DNA of 64,000 nt from Eledone cirrhosa (GCA_964016885.1 OZ024742.1:374542001-374606000), one strand, 5' to 3'. Positions 44,477 to 56,147 are shown, counted from the stretch's first letter. Numbers and translations are program-made. Notes: generated by a model from the sequence alone, not told the origin.

Positions 44477-47400
44477 ATGATGGATGGACTACGGAATTCT
44501 GGAGAGTTGAAGAGAGAAAAATGTGGACGCTCAGCGACAATGCCAAAGATAAAGCCAAATTCACCTCGTGGACGAGAATGCAAGCACTCCTCCTTGTTTC
44601 GGCCCAGGATGGCTAACATAACCCCCGCGCCCCACCGCTCCCACCCTCCAAACGCAATCCAAAACTTCAGAGTTGGTACCATGAATGTAGGCACCTTAAA
44701 GGGTCGCTCTAACGAGGTTGTAGAAATGCTTGAACGTAAGGAGGTCGATGTTTGTTGTATTCAAGAGACCAGGTGGAGGGGAGGGTCGGCTAGATTCATC
44801 GTGGGTAAAGAACGATGCTATAAGCTTTTCTGGGTGGGAAATGACAATGGGTTGGGTGGGGTAGGAATCATGGTAGCAGAAAAGTGGGCAGATAAGATAA
44901 TAGACGTAAATAGAGTGAACGACAGAATAATTAAAATAAGACTTGTCCTCAATAAAACTACGGTGACAGTAATATCTGCGTACGCACCCCAATCCGGACT
45001 GCACGGCGCTATAAAAGACAGATTCTACGAGACACTGATGCTCGCTACCTCCCAAATAACCGACAGTGACTATATAGTTATTGCAGGCGACCTAAATGGT
45101 CACGTTGGACAACATTGTGACGGCTATGACGGAATCCATGGAGGCTATGGGTTCGGTACTAGAAATGAGGAAGGCTCCAGAATCCTGGAATTCTGCGACG
45201 CAAATAACTTAACTATCTGTAACACTAACTTCAAAAAACGAGACAATCACTTGATCACCTATAGATCGGGGGAACACACAAGCCAGGTAGATTATATCCT
45301 TACCAGAAGACGTGACAGAGTGTCTGTTGTTAACACTAAATCCCACCCCCATGAAGAATTCACCTCCCAACATAGACTGATAATTAGCGACCTCATAGTC
45401 AGGACGAGACGTACTAGACAGCGGAAGAGGACTATCCTCAGGAGAAAAATATGGAAGCTAAAGGACCCCATAGCCAGAAATAAATTTCAAAGCATATTAC
45501 TTGACGCTTTCGACACTAAGGAAGAGCAATTAGAGTCGTATAATATAGAGGAACAGTGGGAATTCCTGAGAGCAAACCTGCTGACGGCGGCAGACGAAGT
45601 CTGTGGCTGGAGCAGGCCTGTAGGTAGGAGGAGAGTAACATGGTGGTGGAACAGTAAGGTGGAGGAGTCAATTAAGGCCAAAAAGCAGGCTTGGAAAGTA
45701 TGGCGGGATGGGGGAAGTAGAGAAGACTATCAAGTGGCCAGGAGGGAAGCTAGGAGACAAGTGTACTTCGCAAGAAGGGAAGCAGAGGAAAGAAAGTTCA
45801 AGCATGTTCTACAACGTGAGGACCAAAAACGTGAGGTGTTCAGGATTGCCAGGCAATGTGTCAAGGAAAACCGTGATATTGTCGGGGAGAAGTGTGTACT
45901 TAACGATGATGGCATACTTGCCATCACCGACGCTGATAAGAAGGTAGCTTGGAAGTGTCACTACGAAAGGCTTCTAAATGAGGAGAACAAATGGGAGAAA
46001 GACAGTCTCCCCCAGATCGATCCAATAGAGGGACCAGCAGTGTTAGTTGAAGGTAGTATAATAAGTAAGGCAATCAAAGATATGAAGACGGGTAAGGCGG
46101 CTGGGCCTTCGGAAATAGTTGCTGAGATGCTGAAGGCATCTGGTTCGGTGGGACACACCATGGTCACCCGGATAGTTAACCAAGTCGTACAGAATGGGGT
46201 TGTTCCGAAGGAATGGCGTAGCAGCATCATCGTTAACTGCTATAAGGGAAAAGGAGATGCCCTAGATAGGAGTAACTATAGAGGCATTAAATTAATCGAC
46301 CAGGTCATGAAGGTCACGGAAAAAGTAATAGCGCAACTAATCTGAGAGAGAATTGATCTAGATGAAATGCAGTTCGGGTTTGTGTCAGGCAAAAGTACCA
46401 CAGACGCTCTTTTCATTGTACGACAACTACAGGAGAAGTACCTAGCTAAAAGTAAACCCCTATACTTAGCTTTCGTCGACTTGGAGAAAGCCTTCGACAG
46501 AGTCCCCCGTTCCATTATCTGGTGGTCTCTTAGAAAACTAGGTGTTGACGAATGGCTTGTGAGAGCTATACAAGCCATGTATAAAGAAACAGTCAGTAAG
46601 GTTAGAATTAACAACGAATATAGTGAAGAGTTTAGCGTAAAAGTTGGTGTCCATCAGGGCTCTGTTCTTAGCCCCCTACTATTTATTATTGCCCTTCAGG
46701 CTATAACAGAGGAGTTCAAGACCGGCTGCCCATGGGAACTCCTATACGCAGATGATCTAACGCTCATAGCTGAATCAATGACCAAACTAGAGAAGAAATT
46801 CCAAACATGGAAGCACGGCCTAGAATCAAAAGGCCTTAAAATTAACCTGGCTAAGACTAAAGTTCTAGTTTGTAGGAAAGAAAATAAGGCGGCGGTCCCA
46901 TCTGGGAAATGGCCATGCTCAGTGTGTAGGAAAGGCGTAGGTAGAAACTCCATTTTATGTCCCAAATGCAAAGTATGGGTGCATAAAAGATGTAGTGGGA
47001 TCACAGGTAAGCTAACTAAGAACATAGATTTTACATGTGGCCGGTGCTCTGGTGCAATAAGTAGCAGCAAGTGCCCACAAAATACTAGCTCCTTCAACTG
47101 CGCAGAGGGTTCAATAGAAATAGTGGACAGCTTCCGTTATCTGGGTGACAAAATCAGCAGTGGGGGAGGGTGCTCTGAAAGTACAGTAGCTAGAGTCAGA
47201 ACTGGATGGAAAAAGTTCAGAGAGCTTATACCACTATTAGCCGCTAGAGGGTTCTCCCTAAAAATGAAAGGCAGGTTATACGATGCCTGCATACGAACAG
47301 CAATGCTGCATGGCAGTGAGACCTGGGCATTGTGTGCAGAGGATATACGCAGACTAGAGAGGAACGAAGCTTGCATGCTCCGCTGGATGTGCAATAGTAA

Positions 47401-47701
47401 TATACGTGAACGGCAAAGCATAAACGAACTAAGGAAAAAATTAGAAATAAGAGGGATCAGATGTTGTTTACTCGAGAGAAGGCTACGTTGGTACGGTCAC
47501 GTGATGCGCATGAAAGACGACAGCTGTATAACAAAGTGCAGGGCAATAAAGATAGACGGTAGCCACGGAGTAGGCAGACCCAGAAAAACATGGGACGAGC
47601 TGATAAATTCCGACCTCACACGCTTACACCTCTCCAAGACAATGTCACTGGACCGAGACCTTTGGCGGTACTCAGTAATAGAGAAGACCCGCCTTACCTA
47701 A
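44477..47701 (+). pseudogene. RTE ORF: APE endonuclease, reverse transcriptase with embedded PHD finger; one in-frame TGA at 46343
   Basis: TMNV, IQET, AYAP, GDLNGH, QVDYIL, SQH (APE); [34 protein letters not shown] (RT); ORFs 44465-46345 and 46367-47701 are in the same frame. Confidence 0.95.
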
Positions 47702-48256
47702 ATACAAAGTAAAAACCTACTACAGTCAGTAGGCATCTCTATCAAAACACACCCCCGTCCCACCACCTCCACCCCACCCACACCGCCCCTTTCAATGTAA
47801 AGTTATGTTGGTCCCACAACATCCAGGCCGAAACAAATGAGATCGTGTAGGTGTCACGACAAAAAAACACACAGTCCACGCTGTAAATGTGGCCGTGTAG
47901 GCAACACGGTAAAAACCTCCCAGTCCCACACTGTAAATGTGGTTGGTGTTAGGAAGGGCATCCAGCTGTAGAAAACCCGCCAGACAGTCCACGCTGTAAT
48001 GTGGCCGTGTAGGCAACACGGTAAAAACCTCCCAGCCTCACACTGTAAATGTGGTTGGTGTTAGGAAGGGCATCCAACTGTAGAAAACCCGCCAGACAGT
48101 CCTATGCGAGCAAGACAACCACTCTTGCCTCAAGTGGGAAAACCCCCGTCCAAACCCATGCAAGCGTGGAACACGGACGCTAAACCTGATGATGATGATG
48201 ATGATGATATATGCGTGTTTGTGTGTGTGTGTGTGTATGTGTATATATAGATATAT

Positions 48257-48520
48257 AATCACCGTTTTACGTCCGTTCTTCCACACTAGCATGGGTTAGA
48301 CGGGTTGTCTTGCTCATACGGGAACTGATTCTGGCTTGATTTCTACAGCTGGATGCCCTTCCTAACACCAACCTCATTTACGGTGAGTGCTGGGTGCTTT
48401 TTTTGCCGTGGCGCCTACACGTCCACTTTGCAGTGGAATGATAGGGACCCCAGTCCTATCATCTCATTTCTACAGCTGAGTAAACTGGAGCAATGTGAAA
48501 TAAAGTGTCTTGCTCAAGGA
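48257..48520 (-). mobile_element. 5'-truncated SINE with RTE-B type tail
   Basis: SINE core joined to the CACCGTTTTACGTCCGTTCTTCCAC..AGCATGGGTTAGACGGG tail. Confidence 0.8.
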
Positions 48521-48553
48521 AAAAAATATATATATCAATTCCATCCCGTTTTT

Positions 48554-48589
48554 TCTTCTGATGAAGGACTAGCGTCCGAAACGTTAAGA
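48554..48589 (+). ncRNA. Minimal type I hammerhead ribozyme motif
   Basis: TCTT-CTGATGA-A-GGAC TAGC GTCC-GAAA-CG-TT-AAGA; palindromic ACGT stem III. Confidence 0.75.
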
Positions 48590-48794
48590 CCCTCTTCCTG
48601 CTATATCAAGCGTTAACCTAATATATCCTCCAGCTAGTACTTTGTTCCAGGGCCCAAGAGCTAGGAAGGCCCCACAGCAACCATACGACATATCAATCTT
48701 GAGAAAAATCTTTGCCTGCGTCGGGCCCCAATGGGGTTTTGTACTATCCTGCAAAAGTTTACTTGGGGGCCCCGTATATATGAGAGAAGACTAC

Positions 48795-49012
48795 ACTGGT
48801 CCGGAAATGTGATGCAAATTGATGATAATTGTTGAGTGAAAATGTGCCAAGAAATCTCAGCGGAAGAAAGCTGCAGTAGAGGTAGACCAAGACCTGGGCA
48901 GTGGTTCTGAGAGCTGATCTCAAATCACCGAAGCTCACAGAGATGACAAAGGAAGATGGCGTGTAGAGAGATGTCGGGTTGAGAAGGAATGTAAAAATGA
49001 TGATGGTGATGA
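48795..49012 (+). mobile_element. Old RTE 3' fragment
   Basis: Reverse complement of 51990-52175; (GAT)-like tail. Confidence 0.7.
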
Positions 49013-49039
49013 TTATATATATATATATATATATACATA

Positions 49040-49229
49040 CAAAACAACAAAGAGGGTGTGGTAAGATACCAGGTGGACCATAACGCACCAGAGTACTCAA
49101 TACTTAGAGTAGTAGAGTGGGTAATAGGAAAAGAGTCAGGACTCTTTTCCTATATATATACATATATATATATATAGGAAAATGTATGACCCCGACGGCA
49201 GAGCTCAAGCCGTTTCGACGGCTATTTCG

Positions 49230-49230
<1 letters not shown>
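49040..49230 (-). mobile_element. Putative PLE terminal fragments with hammerhead 3' half
   Basis: Same block as 5990 and 24261; minus strand GAAACGGC TTGAGCTCT GCCG TC GGGGTC at 49188-49218. Confidence 0.6.
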
Positions 49231-49286
<56 letters not shown>

Positions 49287-49287
<1 letters not shown>

Positions 49288-50164
49288 GAGGTGTGTCAGA
49301 AAAGTTCCAGGACTGATGTCACAAAATATTTATTTCAAACCCAAACTTCACACTAAGAGTTTTCTCCTTCAAACTAACCCCCCTGGAGTCTAATGCACGT
49401 TTCCATCCTTTTCTGCCACGCTTGCATGCACTCCTGGAAGGATTCTTTCGGGATCCTCCGCAGTTCCGTTGTCACGGCCTTTTTGATGTCGTCCACGTCT
49501 TCAAAACGGGTCCCCTCCGGGTCGTACTCGAAGATCCATGACTCATCACCGGTGATAACTGTCCCTAGCAAGTCTGGTTCGGTTTCAAGACGCTCGAGGA
49601 TGTCCTGGCACACTTGCATGCGTCGACCTTTCTGGTCATCGTTCAGCAGTTTTGGCACCATCTTCGCGCAGACTTTCCGCATGTCTTCAGTGAGAATCTT
49701 CCAGACGCTGTCCCGATTCATGCCCAGCTCATTTGCCATCAGTCGAACAGTCAGCCGACGATCGCTACGCACCATCTGCCTGACGCGCTCAACGTTGACC
49801 TCAGTCCTGGTTGTTGAGGGCCTTCCGCTCCTGGAGTCATCTTCCACGTCTTCGCGTCCTTCTTTAAACCTCTTGCACCACTCAAAAACACGTGAACGTG
49901 ACATCGTCTCATCTCCATACACTTGCTGCAACAATCTCAGTGCTTCTGGCGGAGTTTTCAAGTTTCTTCGTTGTTCTGTGCTCATTGCTTGACGACCTGA
50001 AACAGAGGACATGTATATAAAATTATGAAGAAAAAAGTTTGATCGCTGCAGAGAGCTACATACTCCAGGGGGATTACTTTGAAGAAGAAAACTCTTAGTG
50101 TGAAGTTTGGGTTTGAAATAAATATTTTGTGACATCAGTCCTGGAACTTTTCTGACACACCTCG
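49287..50164 (-). mobile_element. Internally deleted mariner element with ~100-bp TIRs
   Basis: TA-CGAGGTGTGTCAGAAAAGTTCC... and exact inverse; transposase SRVFEWCKRFKEGRE..RSGRP, VPKLL, ITGDESW; DD34D core deleted after YDPE. Confidence 0.95.
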
Positions 50165-50177
50165 TATATATATATAT

Positions 50178-51900
50178 AAAAAAAAGTAATAGCGCAACTA
50201 ATCAGAGAGCGAATCGATCTAAACGAAATGCAGTTCGGGTTTGTGTCAAGTAAAAGTACAACAGACGCTCTTTTCATTGTACGACAACTACAGGAGAAGT
50301 ACCTAGCTAAAAGTAAACCCCTAAACTTAGCTTTTGTTGACTTGGAGAAAGCCTTTGACAGAGTACCCCGCTCGATTATCTGGTGGACCCTTTGAAAACT
50401 AGGTGTTGATGAATGGCTTGTGAGAGCTATACAAGCCATGTATAAAGAAACAGTCAGCAAGGTTAGAATTAACAACGAATATAGTGAAGAGTTTAGCGTA
50501 AAAGTTGGTGTTCATCAGGGCTCCGTCCTTATCCCCCTACTATTTATTATTGCCCTTCAGGCTATAACAGAGGAGTTCAAGACCGGCTCATAGCTGAATC
50601 AATGGCTGAACTAGAGAAGAAATTCCTAACATGGAAGCACGGCTTAGAATCAAAAGGCCTTAAATTAACCTGTCTAAGACTAAAGTTCTAGTTTGTAGGA
50701 AGGAAAATAGGGCGCCGGTCCCATCCGGGAAATGGCCATGCTCAGTGTGTAGGAAAGGAGTAGGTAGAAACTCCATTTTATGTCCCAAATACAAAGTATG
50801 GGTGCATAAAAGATGTAGTAGGATCACAGGTAAGCTAACTAAGAATATAGATTTTATATGTGGCCGGTGCTCAGGTGCAATAAGTAGCAGCAAGTGCCCA
50901 CAGAATACTAGCTCATTCCGTTGCACAGATGGTTCTATAGAAATAGTGGACACCTTCCGTTACTTGGGTGACAAAATCAGCAATGGTGGAGGGTGCTCTG
51001 AAAGTACAGTAGCTAGAGTCAGAACGGGATGGAAAAAGTTCAGAGAGCTTATACCACTATTAGCCGCTAAAGGGTTCTCCCTAAAAATGAAAGGCAGGCT
51101 GTATGATGCCTGCATACAAACAACAATGCTACATGGCAGTGAGACTTGGGCATTGTGTGCAGAGGATCTGTGCAGACTGGAGAGGAACGAAGCTTGCATG
51201 CTCCGCTGGATGTGTAATAGTAATATACGTGAACGGCAAAGCATAAATGAACTAAGGGAGAAATTAGGAATAAGAGGGATCAGATGTTGTTTACTCGAGA
51301 GAAGACTACGTTGGTATGGTCACGTGATGCGCATGAAAGACGACAGCTGTATAAAAAAGTGCAGGGCAATAAAAATAGACGGTAGCCACGGAGTAGGCAG
51401 ACCCAGAAAAACCTGGGACGACTTGATAAATTCCGACCTCACACACTTACACCTCTCCAAGACAATGTCACTGGACCGAGATCTTTGGCGCTACACAGTT
51501 ATACAGAAGACCCGCCTTGCCTAAGTACAAAAGCGAAACCTACAGTCAGTAGGCACCTCTAACAAAAATACACCCCCGCCCCATCCACACCACCCCTTTC
51601 AATGTAAAGTTATGTTGGTACCACAACATCCAGGCCGAAATAAATGAGGTCGTGTAGGTGTCACGAAAAAAAAAAACACACAGTCCACGCTGTAATGTGG
51701 CCATGTAGGTAACACGGTAAAAACCTCCCAGTCCACACTGTAAACGTGGTTGGTGTTAGGAAGGGCATCCAGCCGTAGAAAACCCGCCAGACAGTCCTAT
51801 ACGAGCAAGACAACCAATCTTGCCTCAAGTGGGAAAACTCCCGTCCAGACCCATGCAAGCGTGGAAGATGGACGTTAAACGATGATGCTGATGATGATGA
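50178..51900 (+). mobile_element. 5'-truncated RTE subfamily A
   Basis: Aligns to 46320-48208; contains a stop codon and a deletion removing YADD. Confidence 0.95.
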
Positions 51901-51915
51901 TATATATATATATAT

Positions 51916-52735
51916 CATCATCATCATCATAATTTTTTATGTTAGCTTTTCCATGCTTTCATGGGTTGGGCAAGTCTTTTCCAGCACAGCATCCCTCCAT
52001 TCATCGCAGTCCTTCATCATCATCTCTGTGAGCCTCAGTGATTTGAGATCAGCTCTCAGAACCACTGCCCAGCTCTTTCTTGGTCTACCTCTACTGCAGT
52101 TTTTTTACACTGAGATTTCTTGGCACGTTTTCACCCAACAATTATCATCTATTTGCATCACATTTCCATCCCAGTGTTGTATTCTTTCCTGCCCACTACA
52201 TCTGATTCGTCTTATACCCAGCGTTTCTCTCAGCACATTTAAACTTTGTCTTGCATGCTTATTAACATTACACATCCATCAAGTAGACTTGTTTTATTTT
52301 ATCGCTCCAGCCTTCTCATACCCCTGCATCCATTACTCATATCTCACTACCATGCAATATTGCACATTGCACACAGAGATCATACAGTCAGCCTTTCATT
52401 TGTAGAGAGGAGCATTTGTTGTCAACAGAGGTAGAAGTTCCCTAAATATTTTCCATCCTGTTCATATTTTAACTACGTTACTCTCAGAGCAACCTCATCC
52501 ACTGCTAATTATATCATTTAGGTAACAGAATCCATCAACTACTTCTATGGATCCTTCCTGAGATTAGAAAAAGTTTATTTCACTGATGATCCTGCTATCA
52601 ACTATTCCTGTGCATCTACTGCATATAAATTCAACTTTTTCCATTAGTCTGTCTGCTGATTTCGTTACACCTCTTGTGTACACGAGATTTATATTGTGTA
52701 CATTGTATAGAGTCACTACCCACTCCTTTTCTACT
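51916..52735 (-). mobile_element. Old diverged PHD-type RTE fragment
   Basis: Minus-strand remnants of [40 protein letters not shown]. Confidence 0.75.
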
Positions 52736-53112
52736 TAACTCTAATTTAAATATTTCTATTTATAACATGATTTACTTTGAAATCGTGAGCAGCAATAAAC
52801 AATAAACGAAGATGCAAGTATAGATGCAGTATGTTATGTGTGCAAATGTAGAATAGCATAGTAGTAATATTTATTAAGCTGTGTTGGTAGCAATCTCAGC
52901 TCGTGCTAATCCTAGTAGGGATAGCTAACGAGTGTGTGGCTACATTGCTAGGCTGACCGAAAAGCTGTTGCAGAGTCAGGAAGCAGACTGTATTCTGTGG
53001 ATCCGAAAAGCAGACTGTCTCTAGGGGTTAAAATCTTTTATACGTATACGATTTAGGTTGCCCAGAAACATTAAACAGATAACCTTTTCAACTGCCCTCT
53101 TTCCAGACCCTC

Positions 53113-53330
53113 TGGTGCCACGAGAGCCCTACAAGAGAATATTATCTAGGATTTGGGCTATGAGGTCATAGGTCAGCCTTTCGGTGGTTGTGTATAGGAG
53201 GCTAAGAAAATCATCAGGGTAAAGATACGTTGAGTTTTCTTAGCTTGCAACACACGATCACCAAAAGACTGACCTGTGACCTTAGAGCCCCAAACCTAGA
53301 TAATATTCATTGTAGGGGGCTCATGGCACT
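53113..53330. repeat. Long imperfect inverted repeat
   Basis: ~80-bp arms plus inner GCTAAGAAAA/TTTTCTTAGC stem. Confidence 0.8.
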
Positions 53331-53567
53331 ATGAAGGGAATCCGGCCATAGAAAGCTTGCTAGAAAATGGGTCGGACGGTCCCTTCAACCATGTCAAGGA
53401 CATGACAGCCTCTCTAGTGTTTGGTGACCTACACAATAAACACACCCAGTACACTCTCTAAAGTGGTTGGTGATAGAAAGAGCATCCACCTGTAGAGAGC
53501 ATGCCAGATAAAGGGGTTGGGAGAACTCTTCAGCTGTGTCAAGGGCATGACAACCTCACTAGTATTG

Positions 53568-53613
53568 TTGTCTGATGACCCTGTGATAAACAGGCGAAAC
53601 TCCAGAGTAACAA
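53568..53613 (+). ncRNA. Type I hammerhead ribozyme motif
   Basis: TTGT-CTGATGA-C-CCTGT GATAA ACAGG-C-GAAA-CTC CA GAG-TA-ACAA; TATTGAGTACT box ~50 bp downstream. Confidence 0.75.
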
Positions 53614-53798
53614 GACTCACTTTTTAGACTTAATAAAACTAAATATTAAAACTATACTTCGGTATTGAGTACTCCTTTCACTCAGCCGTCAACCGCGCGC
53701 GCTCACACACACACATGCACGCACGCACACACATGCAAGCACACATATACATGCACACACACACAGACACATGCACGCACACACACACAACACGCGCG

Positions 53799-53834
<36 letters not shown>

Positions 53835-54394
53835 GTTTTTAGAATAGGTACACTGTGTTCCTGCATGTTGTAAGAGGCAACTAAAAGAGTTGGCTTCAGG
53901 AAGGGCATCCTGCTGTAAAGCTCCGTTACAAAACATGGAAAAGTGGACATAAAAATGATGATGATGATTACGCACACACACACATACATATGCATACACA
54001 CAGATACATACATTCATACACACATACAAACATACATTTACATACATACACACACACATACATACATACACATACAAATATACATACACACATACACACA
54101 TACACACATACAAATATACATACACACATACATTCATAGATACATACATACAAACACATACACACACACAAACACATTCATACACACAAACACACACGCA
54201 TACATACACACACACGCACACACACACACACATACAAATATAATACATATACACACACATATATATAAATATATAAATAAATATATATGTATCCATATAT
54301 GTATACATAACAATATGTGTATATATATCTGCATAAAAAAATTTTTCACAGAAAAAAGTAAAAAATGAAAAAATTTCAACCATCCAGGCCATCA

Positions 54395-54471
54395 CTGTGA
54401 CGTATGGAGCCACGTGACTGTGACGTAGGCAATGTAAGCTGCTCGTAAGCCGAGCGCCAAGCCAAGATGGC
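54395..54471 (+). promoter_or_regulatory. Candidate proximal promoter of the F-box gene
   Basis: Two CTGTGACGTA CRE-like sites flanking a CACGTGAC E-box; YY1-like CAAGATGGC over the ATG; CpG-rich relative to flanks. Confidence 0.5.
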
Positions 54472-55416
54472 AGCGGGCCCCACTGTTCCTAATAACAATA
54501 ACAATGCTTCTACAAACAATAATACTTGGGCACTTTTGCCCAGCATACTGGTTGTCGACATTCTTTCGTACCTTTCGCTCGAAGACAGGATCCGTGCCAG
54601 CACGGTATGCAAGCGTTGGCGATGCTGTCTTTTCCACCCGTCGCTCTGGCCGCGTCTCGTGCTCGAGCTAACTCCCGCTGTCCGTCGCCAGAGGTCCAAG
54701 TTCCTGGCGGCTCGTTGTGGCAGATTCGTTCGCCAAATAGAAATCGTCTTTAATTCTCACAATATCAGTCAAGTGAAGGACTGTTTGAAACTACTCAATG
54801 TTGTGGCCACCAACAAGAACACGCAATGCTTCACGCTTCGTCCGTCTGGTTGTCAGATTGAATGGCCGTCTGTCGCCAACATTGCCAACAACACAACAAC
54901 TACTACTACCAGCAACAACACAACCTCTACCACTACTACTAATAATACTACTACTTCTACTACCAATAACAACAACACCACTTACGATGACAATGACGAC
55001 GTTGTTGTCGTCGACGATGATGACGTTGTCGATGATGATGATAACGATGCTGATGCTACAGAGACAACTACAACTACCACTACAGCAACAACAACAACTA
55101 CAACTGCTACTAATAATAATAATACTACAACAGCTACTACAACATGTAACAATAACAACAACAGTAGTAGTAACAACCATCATCACCATCACCGACACCA
55201 CCATCACCACCACCACCAACAACAGCAACACCACAATAATAACAACAACAACAGTAGCATTAATACTAATAATAATAACTTTGGCAAGAATACTGCTGGT
55301 GCAGATGGTTCGCAAAGTAGTGACAACGGTAACAATAGCAGCGATGAAAGATCAGATAGTCGTGTGTCCAGTCCCACACATCATTCCTCGGAAGCTCCCA
55401 TACACACCATTGATCA
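54467..55416 (+). CDS. FBXO33: F-box only protein 33-like, first coding exon (phase-2 donor GTAAGT at 55417)
   Basis: LPSILVVDILSYLSLEDRIRASTVCKRWRCCLFHPSLWPRL...KFLAARCGRFVRQI...NKNTQCFTL parallels vertebrate FBXO33 as recalled (LPSELIVHIFSFL..DRLRAS..C..WRECLFYPALWP..FLMRKCGWFVREL..NNRNLQKFSL); good Kozak context and consensus donor. Confidence 0.85.
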
Positions 55417-55574
55417 GTAAGTATAAATATAGATATACATGTATTTATATATTTATAACTCTTTCAATCACCACATTTCTATTGAAATATTCTGTATATA
55501 TATTCCAATACGATGTATAACTCTTTCATTAATCCCCAATGAAATACACTATATATATATGTTTCAGTCAACAT

Positions 55575-56147
55575 TTAACCCTTTCATTGTCGTATTTCCA
55601 ATGAACTACACTATGTGTGCTTCAATAGAATATCTAAACCCCTTCATAACCGAATCTCTCATGAAATAAACTCTGTTTCAATACAATATTTAATCCTTCC
55701 ATTGCCGTATTTACACACACATATAACCCTTTCATTACCACATTTCCAATGAAATACACTTCACGTGTCTTTCACAATATATAACCCTTTCATTACCGTA
55801 TTTCCTGTGAAAATATACTTCATATATGTATTTCACATATTTAACACCTTCATTACCACAATTCTAATAAAATACACTATGTGTGTTTTGTCGTATTTCC
55901 AGCGAAAATATATTCCATATATATATATATTCCAACTAATTTTTGAAATTAACCAAACATTTGAAGGAATTTAATAAAATATTTTAAGTCTTCCATTAAT
56001 AAACTGATACTTAGAATATTACTTGAGAAAAAATTCTAAAATAAAATTATGTTTGAATGTTTCAGTATAACGATAAATAAACATTTAAAAATGAGTAGTT
56101 TAGTGGTGATTTAGTGAGAAAGGGTTAACTCTAACATATTTAGTGAG
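55575..56147. mobile_element. piggyBac-like MITE with reiterated left end
   Basis: Several TTAACCCTTTCATT(A/G)C..TATTTCC copies, AT-rich core, AAAGGGTTAA right end. Confidence 0.55.

Larger units (their letters stand above)
43411..48208 (+). mobile_element. Near full-length RTE LINE, subfamily A
   Basis: Starts after (TA)n; duplicated 5' region, single long ORF, 3'UTR, (GAT)n tail; the 5' boundary is an inference. Confidence 0.9.

Noticed and set aside
46343-46345. Programmed readthrough or selenocysteine at the TGA
   Set aside because: The paralogous copy has AGA (Arg); a point mutation or error is simpler
54791-55520. Overlapping alternative-frame and antisense ORFs
   Set aside because: Shadows of trinucleotide repeats in the FBXO33 exon
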